From the NCBI GenBank assembly GCA_016779125.1, contig JADHOF010000003.1:1-55548 (forward strand): a stretch of DNA of 55,548 nucleotides. The letters are read 5' to 3'. The position numbers were made by a program, and so were the translations under genes. Positions 37,067 to 48,503 of this stretch are shown here, one piece after another. The notes beneath the pieces were generated by a model, which was given only the letters and a program-made list of their open reading frames with translations, was not told the DNA's origin and searched no databases. Each line of letters opens with the position of its first letter. Position 1 is the first letter of the stretch. The DNA is from Verrucomicrobiia bacterium (lineage in GTDB: Bacteria; Verrucomicrobiota; Verrucomicrobiia; Limisphaerales; JAYPXF01).

Positions 37067-38763
37067 AGCATCGTTGGCAGCTTGCCTCCCGGGACGAGGA
37101 ACGTGTTCGCCGGCTCGCGGGTGAACACGCGATCTCGCCGCTTCTGGCACAGTGCCTCATCAATCGCGAGCTGACCGATTCCGAAGTTGGACACTTCCTG
37201 CTGCCGCGTCTCAAGGACTTGGCGGATCCCTTTCTGCTGCCGGACATGGCGGTCGCCGTTGATCGCTTGGTCTTGGCGCGGCAGCAGGGAGAGGCTCTGG
37301 TCATCTTCGGGGACTATGATGTGGATGGCGTCACCTCGACGACGATCCTGCTCGAGACCTTCGCGGCACTCGGCCTGCGGGCGAGCGCCTACCTTCCGCA
37401 CCGGGTGGACGAGGGCTACGGCCTCAGCGCCGACGGTGTGGAGAATTGTTTGACGGCCCACCCTGTTTCCCTGCTCCTGGCTGTTGATTGTGGATCCACG
37501 TCCACCGAGACGATCACGCGTCTCAAAGAGCGCGGCGTCGAGGTGATCGTCCTGGATCACCATCAGGTGTCCGATCCGCCGCCGCCGGCCCTTGCGCTTG
37601 TCAATCCGCAGCGGGGAGATCGTTTTCAGGAACTCTGCTCGGCCGGTCTGGCGTTCAAGCTCGCGCACGCCCTCGTGAAACGGGGGCGTGATCTAAATTG
37701 GCCCGCCGCCGAAGCGTTCGATGTGCGGAACCTGCTTGATCTCGCCGCCTTGGGAACGATCGCGGACATCGTTCCGCTTCGGAACGAGAACCGCATTCTG
37801 GTCAGCGCCGGCCTTCCTCGTCTTTCCGCGACCCGTCGACCGGGATTGATCGCGCTCAAAGAAGTGGCCCAGTGTGGGGAGAGCATTGGCGTTTACGAGG
37901 TTGGCTTTCAGCTTGGACCCCGGTTGAACGCCGCCGGCCGCCTGGAGACCGCCACCGAAGCCCTGGATCTTCTGACCGCCACGGACGCCCGTAAAGCGAC
38001 GTCCCTCGCCGCCGAACTCGATGCCCGAAATCGGGAACGGCAGACGATCGAGCGCGACATCACGGACACGGTCTTGAATGACTTCAAAAGCCGTTTTGAT
38101 TCCGATCGCGACTTCGCCCTCGTCGCCGGGAACGCCGACTGGCACATCGGTGTGGTCGGCATTGTCGCCTCCCGCGTCGTTCGCGAATTCTACCGCCCCG
38201 CCTTTGTCATCGGAGGAGAGGGTCTCGAATGGCGGGGGTCGGGGCGAAGTGTGGTCGGATTCGATCTCGCCGCCGCCCTGCGGGAATGTGACGACCTGCT
38301 GGCGCGACACGGAGGGCACGCGATGGCCGCTGGGCTCTCGATTGATCCGGGCAAGGTGGACGCGTTTCGCGAACGCCTGAATGAAATTGCCCGCCGCGAA
38401 CTCACCGCCGAAGCGCTGATCCCACCGCTGCGGCTCGACGCGGAAGTCGCGATCGGAGATCTCACGGAAACCACGCTTCGCGAGCTGGAAAAACTCCAAC
38501 CTTGCGGGCAGGGCAACCCCACCGTGCAGGTCGTTGTTCCGGGGCTGAAGCTGAGCGGCACGCCGCGAACCATTGGCAAGGCGGCAAATCATCTGCTCCT
38601 TCAATTTACGGACGGCGTTGGGCGCATTGACGCCGTCTGGTGGAACGCCGCCGATCAACCCCTGCCGCAAGGCCCCTGCGACATCGCCTGCGTCCCGGAG
38701 ATCAATGAATACCGGAGCCGCCGCTCTGTCCGCCTGAAGATCCTCGACTGGCGTTCGGCATAG
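37063..38763 (+). CDS. recJ: Single-stranded-DNA-specific exonuclease RecJ
   Basis: FGDYDVDG, EGYGL, VDCG, LDHH, GTIADIVPL, PRLNAAGR, GSGRS, GGHAMAAG. GTGA overlap with terC. Confidence 0.96.
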   Translation: MKHRWQLASRDEERVRRLAGEHAISPLLAQCLINRELTDSEVGHFLLPRLKDLADPFLLPDMAVAVDRLVLARQQGEALVIFGDYDVDGVTSTTILLETFAALGLRASAYLPHRVDEGYGLSADGVENCLTAHPVSLLLAVDCGSTSTETITRLKERGVEVIVLDHHQVSDPPPPALALVNPQRGDRFQELCSAGLAFKLAHALVKRGRDLNWPAAEAFDVRNLLDLAALGTIADIVPLRNENRILVSAGLPRLSATRRPGLIALKEVAQCGESIGVYEVGFQLGPRLNAAGRLETATEALDLLTATDARKATSLAAELDARNRERQTIERDITDTVLNDFKSRFDSDRDFALVAGNADWHIGVVGIVASRVVREFYRPAFVIGGEGLEWRGSGRSVVGFDLAAALRECDDLLARHGGHAMAAGLSIDPGKVDAFRERLNEIARRELTAEALIPPLRLDAEVAIGDLTETTLRELEKLQPCGQGNPTVQVVVPGLKLSGTPRTIGKAANHLLLQFTDGVGRIDAVWWNAADQPLPQGPCDIACVPEINEYRSRRSVRLKILDWRSA

Positions 38764-38783
38764 TTTCGGCTTCCCGCCGCCGC

Positions 38784-41700
38784 CTACGGTCCGATTGCGA
38801 GAAGGAGTTTCTTGATTTCCTTGAGTTTGGCGGAGGCGGTTTTTTTCGAGAGGCGGGGGAACTTGCCTCCGAGTTGGAGGTAGTCGCCCTGTCGGGTGAG
38901 CATGAGTTTCGGGCCGCGGGTTTCGATCTGCGTGACTCCGCGCGTCGTGCCGAGTTGCTTCACCTCGGCCGCGAGCAAAAGCAATCGGACGGCGTCCGGG
39001 ATCGGGCCGAACCGGTCCCGGAGTTCATTCTCCAAGGCGACCAGATCGTCCTTCTCGCTCGCCTGCGAGACCTTGCGATAGATCTGGATTCTTTGCTCGG
39101 GCTCGGTGACGTAGCCGAAGGGAATGTTGGCCATTTCGGGTCCCACATTGGGCGGGCCGGCCTTGTCGCCGCTTTCTCCGGCACCGTCGAAGCCGATAGC
39201 CAGGAAGTCGAACATCACCTGCGTGTTGACGCGGGGCTTCACCTTCTCCCCCTTCAGAGCGCTGACGCTTTGCTTGAGCAGCTGACAGTAGAGATCAAAG
39301 CCGACCGCCGTGATATGTCCACTCTGCTGCGCGCCCAAAAGGTTTCCGGCACCGCGAATCTCCAGGTCTCGCATGGCGATCTTGAATCCGCTGCCGAGTT
39401 GGGCGTACTGCTTGATCGCGCTCATGCGTTTGCGGACATCGGTCAACAGGCGGGCGTGGCGCGGCAGCAGCAGGTAGGCGAAGGCCTGATTCTTGTAGCG
39501 CCCGACGCGGCCGCGCAGCTGATAGAGCTGGCTGAGTCCGAAGCGATCCGCGCGATCGATGATGATGGTGTTGGCGTTCGGGATATCGAGGCCGCTTTCG
39601 ATGATCGTCGTGGAGAGCAGCACGTCGGCGTCCCCGTTCACGAACTTCGTCATGACCTCCTCCAGTTCGTCCGCGTCCATCTGGCCGTGGCCGACCACCA
39701 CACGGGCATCGGGCACGATCTGTTGAATGCGGCCGCGCATGTGCTCGATGGTTGTCACGCGGTTGTGCAGGAAGAACACCTGGCCGCCCCGGTTTAATTC
39801 CCGACGAATCGCGTCCTTGATCACCCGCTCGTCGTATTGGCAGACCGTGGTCTCCACCGGCAGCCGGTCCTGCGGCGGCGTTTGGATGGTGCTCATGTCC
39901 CGCGCTCCGGTCAGGGCGAGATAGAGGGTTCGGGGGATCGGTGTCGCGCTGAGCGTCAGCACATCGACGTGAGCCCGCATGCGCTTGAACTTCTCCTTGT
40001 GCATCACGCCGAAGCGCTGCTCCTCGTCGATCACCACCAGGCCGAGATCCTTGAAGATCACGTCCTTCTGCACCAGCCGGTGTGTGCCCACCACGATGTC
40101 CACGCCGCCGTTCGCGAGATCGTCCACGACCTGTCGCTGTTGTTTCGGGGTGCGAAAGCGGGATAAGAGTTCAACCCGCACCGGATAGTCGGCCATCCGA
40201 TCGCGCAGCGTGTTGTAGTGCTGTTGCGCGAGCACGGTGGTCGGGACGAGGAAGGCGACCTGTTTGCCGGCCATGACGGCCTTGAAGGCCGCGCGAATCG
40301 CGACCTCCGTCTTTCCAAAGCCGACATCGCCGCACACCAGCCGGTCCATTGGGCGGGTGCTTTCGAGATCCTTCTTCGCCGCCTCGATCGCCTGCAGTTG
40401 ATCCGGTGTCTCCTCGAACAGAAAGGAGCTTTCGAACTCCTGCTGCCACGAGGTGTCCGCGCCGAAGGCGTGTCCCTCCTCCGCCTCGCGCTTGGCCTGG
40501 ATGGAGAGCAAATCCGAGGCGAGATCACGCACGGCCCGCTCCGCCTGCTCCTTTGCCTTGCCCCAGCGCGATCCGCCCAGCACGTGAAGGGGCGGGCGGA
40601 TCTTGCCGGTGCCGACATACTTGCTGACGAGGTGCGCCTCCGTCACGGGCACGTAGAGTTTGGGCGCGGTCTGGTCGGAATCCCGCGCCGCGTATTCGAT
40701 CACCATGCACTCCTGCGTCTGCGCCTCGTGCTCATCCTCGCGCCTGCGTCCGCCCACCGCGAGATTGGTCAGGCCGCAATAGCGTCCGATCCCGTGTTGC
40801 AGGTGCACGACGAGATCCCCGAATTCCAGCTCGGTGAAATCGATGTCCATCGCGGAGCGCGTCGCGGAGGCGTGCTTCGCCTTGAGGCGGCGGGAGCGTT
40901 GAACCCGGTAGCGTCCGAAGATCTCCGCGTCGGTGATCACGACAAGTTTGCCCGCCGCGAACAGGAATCCCCGACTCAGCGAGCCGATGAAACATTTCGG
41001 GCCCACCCGACCGGCCTTGAAACCCAGCTCGCTCCAGATTTCCTTGAAGCGTTGTTGCTCGCCGCTGTTGTTGCAGAAGACCCGCACATCGTAGCCCTGT
41101 CTCAACCAGCGATGCATCTGACCGAAGAACTCCCGCTTTTGCGCGTCCGCGATCTGCGGATCCGGAGCCCTGTCCCCGAGCGGACGAAAATCCTCCAGAC
41201 TTTGAAAGGTGGGTGACATCAGTCCATCGACCGGGATCGTGCCGGTGGTTTCCTCGCGCATCTCGACGACGGAGAAACCGCGTGAGCTGAACAGGTCCCG
41301 CATGGAATTGGGCGTTTCGTGGAACCGTTCGTCCTCGGGCAGATCCGCCAGATAGGCCGTGGCGTGCTCCTCGATGGTCTCGGCCTCGGAAAGAATGACC
41401 GACGTGTCGGGCGGCAGGTAGTCGGTCAGCAGCCCCAAATCCGCCTCCGATGTCGTTCTCTTCAGCAGACCCAGCTCGCCGGCGGGTGACAGCAGGACGG
41501 AATCGACCGGCTCACGCGAGACCTGTGAGACCGGGTCGAAGTATCGCAGCGACTCCAGTTCGTCGCCGAAGAATTCGAGACGAACCGGCCACGGGCTGGT
41601 GGGCGGATACACGTCCACGATGCCGCCGCGCATCGCGATCTCGCTCTTTTGGTTCACCTGCACCTCGGAGTCGTATCCCTGTTCCTCCAGCCATTCGACC

Positions 41701-42197
41701 AGGTCCAGCGGGTCGATGGTATCGCCGCACCGCAGGCGTCTCAAACGCCCGCGCAGCGCCTCCGGGGGAAAGGTTCGCTGCACCACCGCTTCCACGGAGG
41801 CGACAATGACAAGCGGGTCTTTCGGCTTTCGTTCCAGCAGGGCGACCAGAGACTCCAGGCGTTCGCTGATGACATCCGCGTGCGGCAACTTGTCCTGATG
41901 CGGCAGAATCTCCCAAGCGGGAAAAAACAAGGCAGCCTCCGCGTCGGTTCCGGCCTTCTTCGTCTGTCGGGTCCAGGTCGTGAAATCCTGTTGGAACCGC
42001 TCCTGGGCCTTGAGATTTGGAGTGACGATCAGCAGCGGACCCGCGCCGCGCCGCGCCGAAATCCGTTCGGTCAGGTAGGGTTGCGCCGCCACCGCCACGC
42101 CGCCAAAAGACAAACAGCCGCCTGCTTCCAATGCGCTGAAGGCATCCAGCACGTCCGGAAGATTCCCGTCCTCATTTGTCGTTTCGCCGGAACTCAC
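38784..42197 (-). CDS. mfd: Transcription-repair coupling factor
   Basis: UvrB-like [70 protein letters not shown], and C-terminal ELRDRFG. Confidence 0.97.
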   Translation of the reverse strand: MSSGETTNEDGNLPDVLDAFSALEAGGCLSFGGVAVAAQPYLTERISARRGAGPLLIVTPNLKAQERFQQDFTTWTRQTKKAGTDAEAALFFPAWEILPHQDKLPHADVISERLESLVALLERKPKDPLVIVASVEAVVQRTFPPEALRGRLRRLRCGDTIDPLDLVEWLEEQGYDSEVQVNQKSEIAMRGGIVDVYPPTSPWPVRLEFFGDELESLRYFDPVSQVSREPVDSVLLSPAGELGLLKRTTSEADLGLLTDYLPPDTSVILSEAETIEEHATAYLADLPEDERFHETPNSMRDLFSSRGFSVVEMREETTGTIPVDGLMSPTFQSLEDFRPLGDRAPDPQIADAQKREFFGQMHRWLRQGYDVRVFCNNSGEQQRFKEIWSELGFKAGRVGPKCFIGSLSRGFLFAAGKLVVITDAEIFGRYRVQRSRRLKAKHASATRSAMDIDFTELEFGDLVVHLQHGIGRYCGLTNLAVGGRRREDEHEAQTQECMVIEYAARDSDQTAPKLYVPVTEAHLVSKYVGTGKIRPPLHVLGGSRWGKAKEQAERAVRDLASDLLSIQAKREAEEGHAFGADTSWQQEFESSFLFEETPDQLQAIEAAKKDLESTRPMDRLVCGDVGFGKTEVAIRAAFKAVMAGKQVAFLVPTTVLAQQHYNTLRDRMADYPVRVELLSRFRTPKQQRQVVDDLANGGVDIVVGTHRLVQKDVIFKDLGLVVIDEEQRFGVMHKEKFKRMRAHVDVLTLSATPIPRTLYLALTGARDMSTIQTPPQDRLPVETTVCQYDERVIKDAIRRELNRGGQVFFLHNRVTTIEHMRGRIQQIVPDARVVVGHGQMDADELEEVMTKFVNGDADVLLSTTIIESGLDIPNANTIIIDRADRFGLSQLYQLRGRVGRYKNQAFAYLLLPRHARLLTDVRKRMSAIKQYAQLGSGFKIAMRDLEIRGAGNLLGAQQSGHITAVGFDLYCQLLKQSVSALKGEKVKPRVNTQVMFDFLAIGFDGAGESGDKAGPPNVGPEMANIPFGYVTEPEQRIQIYRKVSQASEKDDLVALENELRDRFGPIPDAVRLLLLAAEVKQLGTTRGVTQIETRGPKLMLTRQGDYLQLGGKFPRLSKKTASAKLKEIKKLLLAIGP

Positions 42198-42284
42198 CGG
42201 ATCGCGGACGATAGAGCGTGAAGGCTCGATGGAAACAAGGAATTCGAGGCGCGCGCCGCCGTTGCCGCGCCGGGGCTGATCAAA

Positions 42285-43700
42285 TCAATTCTCCCACGAA
42301 CCGCCCAGGGCTTGGATCAGGCGGATGCTGGCGAGGCGTTGCTCGCTGGTGACGGCGTTTTCACGGATCACCGAGCGCAGGCGTGTCTGCTCGGCGTTGA
42401 GATAGTCCGCGTAGCTGCCAATGCCGGTCTCGTGCCGATCTTTCGCCGCGTCCGCGGCTTCCAGCGCGGATGCGGTCGCGGCGCGTTGCTGGGCGATTTC
42501 CCGGGCGTAGCTCTTGGCGTCGAGCAGGGCGTCATCGACTTCGCGCACGGCGGTCAGAAACGTCGAACGATAGTTGGCCGCCGCTTCCCGGAACTGCGCG
42601 CGCGCCTGCGCGATCGCGGATCTTGAGACGCTGCCCTGGAAGATTGGAATATCGATTTGAGGCCCGATGTCGAAGAAGACACTGTCCGCGTCGAAAAGGC
42701 TGCCCGCCTTGAGGCTGGCGATGCCGCCGCTGCCCAGAAGCGTGATCTTGGGAAGAAAGTCGGCCCGCCGCACGCCGACCTGTGTTGCCGCCGCACGCAG
42801 TTTTCGATCCGCCGAGATCAGGTCCGGGCGTTGGCCCAGCAGTTCGGAGGGAAGTCCCGCCGGAATGTCAGCCGGCGCCAATTCAATCCGCGAATCCGTC
42901 AGCCGGCCCAGTTCCGAGGGCAGGGATCCTGTCAGGACCGCGATCGCGTGGAGCATCTTGCCGCTGTTTCGCTCGGCGCCCTCGACGGCAACTCCGGTTT
43001 CCTGGAGGGCGATTGTGGCGCGGGCCAGGTCCGATTTGACCGCCTGACCAAACGTCACCCGCGCCTCCACGAGTTTCAGCTTCTCCGTCTCGCGCTGATG
43101 GATCGTCCGGAGCAGGGTCAACTCCGTGTCGGCGGCGCGGTAGGCGAAGTATTGGCGCGCGAGGGCGGACTGTAGCGAGAGGATGATGTCGTGATAGTCC
43201 ACCGCCGCCGCCTCGGCACGGAACCGGTCGCGCTTCACGGCCGATCGGACGCGACCCCAAAGGTCCAGCTCCCACGAGACGCTGCCGCCCAATCTGAAAC
43301 GGTCGTTCTCCGGGGTGGCGAGCGGGAAGAGGAGATTGTTGACGGACTGGCCCTGACGTCCCAACGAGCCGTCGCCGCGCACCGTCGGCAGCAGCGGTCC
43401 GCGTGTGATGCCCAAGACGGCGAAACTTTGATCCACCCGCGCCAGCGCGGCGGAGGCGTCCGGGTTCGCCGTGTTCAGGCGCTCCATGAGATCGTCCAGG
43501 GTGGCGTCGTTGAACAGCGTCCACCACTTTGCGGGCAGCGGGGTGGTGGACCGGTCGTCGCCGTGAAGGAAGCTGCCGTCCGCGTGCGGAGTCGAAAGAT
43601 CCGGGTCGGGGCTCATGTGCTCGGTCACCGTCGAGCAGGCGGCGCTCAGTGCGATCAGGGCGGTGGTGAGGCAGCGGGTGAAACGCATCGTTCCCTTCAT
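42285..43700 (-). CDS. RND efflux outer-membrane factor lipoprotein (NodT/OprM family)
   Basis: Lipobox LSAAC, WWTLFNDATL, SWELDLWGR, PAGLPSELL..RPD, AVREVDDAL, LIQALGGSW. Confidence 0.92.
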   Translation of the reverse strand: MKGTMRFTRCLTTALIALSAACSTVTEHMSPDPDLSTPHADGSFLHGDDRSTTPLPAKWWTLFNDATLDDLMERLNTANPDASAALARVDQSFAVLGITRGPLLPTVRGDGSLGRQGQSVNNLLFPLATPENDRFRLGGSVSWELDLWGRVRSAVKRDRFRAEAAAVDYHDIILSLQSALARQYFAYRAADTELTLLRTIHQRETEKLKLVEARVTFGQAVKSDLARATIALQETGVAVEGAERNSGKMLHAIAVLTGSLPSELGRLTDSRIELAPADIPAGLPSELLGQRPDLISADRKLRAAATQVGVRRADFLPKITLLGSGGIASLKAGSLFDADSVFFDIGPQIDIPIFQGSVSRSAIAQARAQFREAAANYRSTFLTAVREVDDALLDAKSYAREIAQQRAATASALEAADAAKDRHETGIGSYADYLNAEQTRLRSVIRENAVTSEQRLASIRLIQALGGSWEN

Positions 43701-46700
43701 GATTGTGGGGTCGGGGTTGCCGGTGCGGCGGGTTTGAAGGCGGCGTAGAAAACGCTCAACACACTTGGCACCAGGACGAGGGTGAAGAGGGTTGAAACCA
43801 GCAGGCCGCCGACCACCACGGCGCCGAGTCCGCGGTAGAGTTCCGACCCGGCACCAGGCAGCACGACGAGGGGAATCATGCCTCCGACGGAGGTGAGCGA
43901 ACTCATGAGAATCGGTCGCACGCGGGTGCGTACGGACGCGATGATCGCCTCGTCCGGGGTTTCAATGCGGCTTGAGTCGTTCAGAAAGTTGATCGTCTGG
44001 TGGATGATCAAAATCGCGTTGTTCACAACGACGCCGGCCAGCAGCACGAATCCGAGGATGCTCAGCATGTCGAGGTTTTGCACGGGCATGTAGTGATCGC
44101 CGATGCTCCACCAGTGGACCAGGGCCAGCCCGGCGAAACCTCCCAGCGTCGCGAGGGGAACGGTGAGCATGATGACAATGGGGGAGCTCCAGCTTTGGAA
44201 GAGGACGACCAGCACCAGATAGACCACGAAGAAGGCGAGGAACATCGAGCTGGTCAGCGTGCCAAGCCAGGAGCCGTCCCCGAGCAGCGCCGTCTTGATC
44301 TCGTTCAACTTGCCGGCGGAGCCCGCCATGCCGACCTCGATGCCGGGCGCGATGGCTCCCTGCTTGCGCAGGCCGGCCACCAGCTCGTTGACCTGATTGA
44401 CCGCCGTTTCCAGCGGCAGACCGGCGGGCGGTGTGAATTGCAGCGTGACGGCCCGGGCGCGATCCACGTGGCGGATCTCGTCCGGCCCCAGCACGCGGCT
44501 GACGGTTGCGACCGTGCGAAGGTCGATGATCTCCCCGGAAGGCGTGGCGATGGGCGCGTTCAGGATCGCGTCGATGGGATTGCTCTCGAACGAACGTTTG
44601 CTGATGACCTTCATGTCCCGCAGCTCGCCCTTTCGCTCGTAGTCGCGGAAGAACAGGATGCCGTCGCCGTTGGCCTGTGCCGCGAGACCGACGTCGGAGC
44701 GCGTGAGTCCGACCTTCAGCAAAGCCCGGTCGCTCGGCTCGATGCGCAGCTCGCTCGACGGCATGAGAAAATTCGAGGGATCGGGATTCACGCTGTAGGG
44801 CCCGAACTTGCCGATGAGCCCGAACATGAGGCTTTGGGCCGAGGCGGTCACCGCGTCGAGATCGCGGCCCTTGATGTCGATCTTGATCGCCGATCCGGTG
44901 TTGCCGCCGACACGGAAGAGAGGCATCTGGAAGGCGAAGGCAATCGTGTCCGGCGCGTTGTGTCCGCTGGCAGCGGTGTTCAGGAGCGGGATAAGGTCTT
45001 TGACGCGTTGTTTGTCCGACGAGATCGCCCCGTGGAACATGCGCCCCTCGAAGCTCACCAGGAAGTAGTTGTCAATCGGCGGCGGCATCACGCTCGGCTC
45101 CATGCCGGGAAAGGGCGGAACGAGCACGCGCTTGTCCTCCTTGGGGGCGTTTCCGCGCACGACGGCCTCCACGGCGAACTGGTCGGGTGCCGCCTCCCAC
45201 GCGGGACGGATGACGCTTTCGACCCGTTTCCCCATCACGTTCAACTGTTCAAGGTTGTAGCCCGGGGGGGGGATCAGGAGGCCGAAGACGATGTTGCGGT
45301 TGCCCATCGGAAGATAGTCCAGCGGGGGAATGAGGACCTTGATGCCGACGATGGTTCCGACGATGAAGGTGCCGATGACGAGCAGTCGCAGGATCCAGCT
45401 ACGGTTGATTCCGGCGACAATGTCGGCCACGAAATGGGGCAGGGCGTGAACGAAGCGCTGCATGAGAGCGAGCGGACCCCATCCGCGATGTTGCGGGGCG
45501 CCGTCCTCCGCCCAGTCGCCTTCCTCCGCGTCACGGGCCCGCAGGATGCGCGCGGCGGCGGCGGGAATGACGGTGAGGGATACGATCAGGCTGAGCGCCA
45601 CCGCGGCCATGATCGCGTAGGCGATATCCTTGAAAAGCTGCCCGGCGGTTTCCTCGATCAGGAGGATCGGGAAGAACACGGCGAGCGTGGTGATCGTGGA
45701 TGCGATCACGGCTCCGCCGACCTCGCTCGCGCCGTCATGCGCCGCAGCGCGGGCGTCCTTGCCCATTTCAAGGTGACGGAAAATGTTCTCGATCACCACG
45801 ATCGCGTTGTCGACCACCATGCCGACCGCGAAGGCCATGCCGGCGAGCGAAATGATGTTCACCGAGCGGCCGAGCATCACCAGCACCACCAGCGCGGCGA
45901 TGACGGAGATGGGAATCGCCAGCGCGATGATGCCGACCGTCCGCAGCGAGCGCAGAAAGAACAACAGCGTCAGGGTCGCCAGCAGTCCTCCGTAAACGAT
46001 GTTGCTCTGCACGAGTTCTATGGCGTCCGCGACATAGGTGGTGGAGTCATACACCTGCACAAGTTCCAGTTTGCCGTTCAATCCCAGGGTGCGGGCGTGT
46101 TGTTCAAGCAGTCCGCCCGGCGCGTTCATCGACGCGATCTCCCCTTTGATGAGATCCATCGTCTCGATGAGGTTGCCGCCTTGCCGCAGGAGGAAGTTGA
46201 AGAATGGCATCTCGTTTCCGCGCGCCCGCGCCCAGTCGCGCTTTTCCTTGTAGGTCTCGATCACCTCGGCGATGTCGCGCATGTAGACCGGGCCTGCGGC
46301 GTCCCGGCGGATGATCATGCTCATGACCGACTCCGCTGTTTCGAAACGGCCCGTGGAGCGGATTCGGATGTCCCGTTTTCCCTCCTCCAGCTTGCCGCCG
46401 GAGAAATTCGCGTTGGCGTTTCGTATCGCCGCGTTCAGCTCCCTCCAGGTCAGACCGCGCTCGGCCAGCGCCTGCGGATCGACTCGGATTTGCAGCTCGG
46501 AATAGCGTCCGCCGCGAATGCCCGTCTGGGCGACGCCTTTCAACCGGTCAAAGCGCGGCTTCATCCGTCGCTCCATGAAATCGAACAAGGTCGTCGCGTC
46601 GAAGTTCGTGTCCGTGCAGGAAAGCCCCACCCAGGCGACGTAGTCGACCGATTCGGGATCGATGTCCTCGACCACCGGTTGGAGTACGGCTTCCGGATAG

Positions 46701-47050
46701 CCCGGAACCTCGTCGAGCTTTTGCAGAACATCTGCCTTGGCCGCTTTGAGATCCGTGCCGGTCTCGAACTCCAGCCGAACCACGCCTTGTCCGGCCTTGC
46801 TGTTGCTTGTCAGGGACACCAGCCCGGCCACGTCACTGAGCACCTTTTCCTGCTCCTCGACCACGTCGCTCTCGATCTCCTCGGCTGAGGCGCTTTCCCA
46901 GTAGGTCGAGATTGAGATGACCACGGAGTCGACGTCCGGCTTCATCTGCACGGGCACGGCGGTGAAGGCCATCACGCCGGCCAGGATCGAAAGTCCCACT
47001 CCGACGGCGACCGAGATCGGTTGTCGGATGCAATAGTCGATGAGCTTCAT
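43697..47050 (-). CDS. RND efflux permease (AcrB/AcrD/AcrF family)
   Basis: GMVVDNAIVVIENI, GVVVNNAIL, RVRPILMS, P.GAGSELY..LG..VVGGL; two large periplasmic loops. Confidence 0.95.
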   Translation of the reverse strand: MKLIDYCIRQPISVAVGVGLSILAGVMAFTAVPVQMKPDVDSVVISISTYWESASAEEIESDVVEEQEKVLSDVAGLVSLTSNSKAGQGVVRLEFETGTDLKAAKADVLQKLDEVPGYPEAVLQPVVEDIDPESVDYVAWVGLSCTDTNFDATTLFDFMERRMKPRFDRLKGVAQTGIRGGRYSELQIRVDPQALAERGLTWRELNAAIRNANANFSGGKLEEGKRDIRIRSTGRFETAESVMSMIIRRDAAGPVYMRDIAEVIETYKEKRDWARARGNEMPFFNFLLRQGGNLIETMDLIKGEIASMNAPGGLLEQHARTLGLNGKLELVQVYDSTTYVADAIELVQSNIVYGGLLATLTLLFFLRSLRTVGIIALAIPISVIAALVVLVMLGRSVNIISLAGMAFAVGMVVDNAIVVIENIFRHLEMGKDARAAAHDGASEVGGAVIASTITTLAVFFPILLIEETAGQLFKDIAYAIMAAVALSLIVSLTVIPAAAARILRARDAEEGDWAEDGAPQHRGWGPLALMQRFVHALPHFVADIVAGINRSWILRLLVIGTFIVGTIVGIKVLIPPLDYLPMGNRNIVFGLLIPPPGYNLEQLNVMGKRVESVIRPAWEAAPDQFAVEAVVRGNAPKEDKRVLVPPFPGMEPSVMPPPIDNYFLVSFEGRMFHGAISSDKQRVKDLIPLLNTAASGHNAPDTIAFAFQMPLFRVGGNTGSAIKIDIKGRDLDAVTASAQSLMFGLIGKFGPYSVNPDPSNFLMPSSELRIEPSDRALLKVGLTRSDVGLAAQANGDGILFFRDYERKGELRDMKVISKRSFESNPIDAILNAPIATPSGEIIDLRTVATVSRVLGPDEIRHVDRARAVTLQFTPPAGLPLETAVNQVNELVAGLRKQGAIAPGIEVGMAGSAGKLNEIKTALLGDGSWLGTLTSSMFLAFFVVYLVLVVLFQSWSSPIVIMLTVPLATLGGFAGLALVHWWSIGDHYMPVQNLDMLSILGFVLLAGVVVNNAILIIHQTINFLNDSSRIETPDEAIIASVRTRVRPILMSSLTSVGGMIPLVVLPGAGSELYRGLGAVVVGGLLVSTLFTLVLVPSVLSVFYAAFKPAAPATPTPQS

Positions 47051-48306
47051 GGCGCTTTGGGTTCCGCTCCCTCACCCGCCGTCCGGATCATCAGCGACTG
47101 GCCCGGCCTCAGACGTTCGTTCCCTTCGACCACGATCTGGTCGCCGTCCTTGAAACCCTCGTTGGTCGCATCCACATAGGCGTTGCCGTTTCTTTCGAAC
47201 GCCACGCGCACGGGCACCGCGCGTCCGGTCGGCAGGCCTTCCCCGCCTTCCGGAGCCTGCACCACCTGCACGATCGTACCCCTTGGCGATTGCACGACCG
47301 CATTGACCGGGATGCGCCAATAGGGTTTCGCGTCCGCAACGGGAACGATCCCCGTCACGGACTCACCGGGAATCAACGATCCGTCGGCGTTTTCGATTGT
47401 GGCCACCAATGTGAACAACTGGCTGCGACCATCGACATCCGGGATGGCCGTCGCCTTGGTCGGTTTGAAAATCTCACCGCTTGAGGAACGGCGAACCCGG
47501 AAAGCCGCGAGGTCCGAATTCGCGCGGGATGAATGTCGAGCCGGGACCCGCAGCCATGCCTCGATGGGATTCATGGCGACGATCGACGCGATCACCGTGC
47601 CCGCGGCGACCCATTCGCCGGGCTCCACGTTTCGCGCGACCACGACGCCGTCGAACGGTGCCACCACGGTGAGGTCGGCTTGTTGAACCTTCAGAAACTC
47701 CAAACGGCTCTGTGCCGCCTTGATGCCGTCCTCGGCGGAACGATGTTGGGCGATGGCCACGGTCATCATCTTCTCCGCGTCGAGGAGATCGCTTGCTGAA
47801 ATCGCCTCCCGTCCGCGCAACGCCTGCTTCATTTCCAGATCCTTGCTCGCGCGAGCCCGTTCCGCGTCGCGTTGCCGAACAAGATTTTCGGCGGATTCCA
47901 ATGCGGCCCTGGCTTCGTTCAAGAGCGCTGAAACGCGTCGCTCGTCCAGCTTTGCCAAGATCGTGCCGGTCTTTACCGAATCTCCCTCATCGACCAGCAC
48001 CTCCGCGACGGCTCCCGCCTCCCGGGCGGCGACATCGGCGTGGGAGGTGGCCCGGAAGGTGCCGGTGACCATGGCCTCGTCTCGCGTGTTCTCCCGGATG
48101 ATATCGGTCACGTAGACCGCCGCCGGAGGCAGGGTCGGCGGTCCGCCCTGGCCCCCGGAGCCACCCGCGCTCGGGGCGCGTTGAATCGTCTGGATGACGA
48201 CCACGGTCACCACCACCAGCACGAGAGCCATTACCGCGATCGTCACCGTGCGTCGGCCCCGATTTTCACCTTGTCCGTTCATTGAGTTTTTGTCCGCTTC
48301 CGACAT
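47047..48306 (-). CDS. RND efflux periplasmic adaptor (membrane fusion protein)
   Basis: N-terminal TM, GAVAEVLVDEGDSVKTG..LAKLD, coiled coil, VAPFDGVV..VEPGEWV..G, GDQIVVEG. Start ATG 48306 or 48282. Confidence 0.9.
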   Translation of the reverse strand: MSEADKNSMNGQGENRGRRTVTIAVMALVLVVVTVVVIQTIQRAPSAGGSGGQGGPPTLPPAAVYVTDIIRENTRDEAMVTGTFRATSHADVAAREAGAVAEVLVDEGDSVKTGTILAKLDERRVSALLNEARAALESAENLVRQRDAERARASKDLEMKQALRGREAISASDLLDAEKMMTVAIAQHRSAEDGIKAAQSRLEFLKVQQADLTVVAPFDGVVVARNVEPGEWVAAGTVIASIVAMNPIEAWLRVPARHSSRANSDLAAFRVRRSSSGEIFKPTKATAIPDVDGRSQLFTLVATIENADGSLIPGESVTGIVPVADAKPYWRIPVNAVVQSPRGTIVQVVQAPEGGEGLPTGRAVPVRVAFERNGNAYVDATNEGFKDGDQIVVEGNERLRPGQSLMIRTAGEGAEPKAP

Positions 48307-48503
48307 GACCAAAAGGGCTGGAGAGCATTCACGTGAGACAGGTGATCGCAAGGAGAAATGAGTCAATGCGGTGCCTGTAATAGTTTCGCCGCCCGGGGTG
48401 CCACCTGCCCGAAGCGCTGCATCTTCCGCTATCGGATGAAAGATTTGATACCGAACTCGACGGTTGCAACGCGCGGGGTGCTTGGACATTTTTTCGGACA
48501 CCT

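Noticed and set aside
44000-46888. 962-aa plus-strand ORF, and similar long ORFs at 49053-51197, 15703-17388, 8364-9764 and 1365-2774
   Set aside because: Antisense shadows of well-supported genes, expected from high-GC codon bias; no recognisable motifs.
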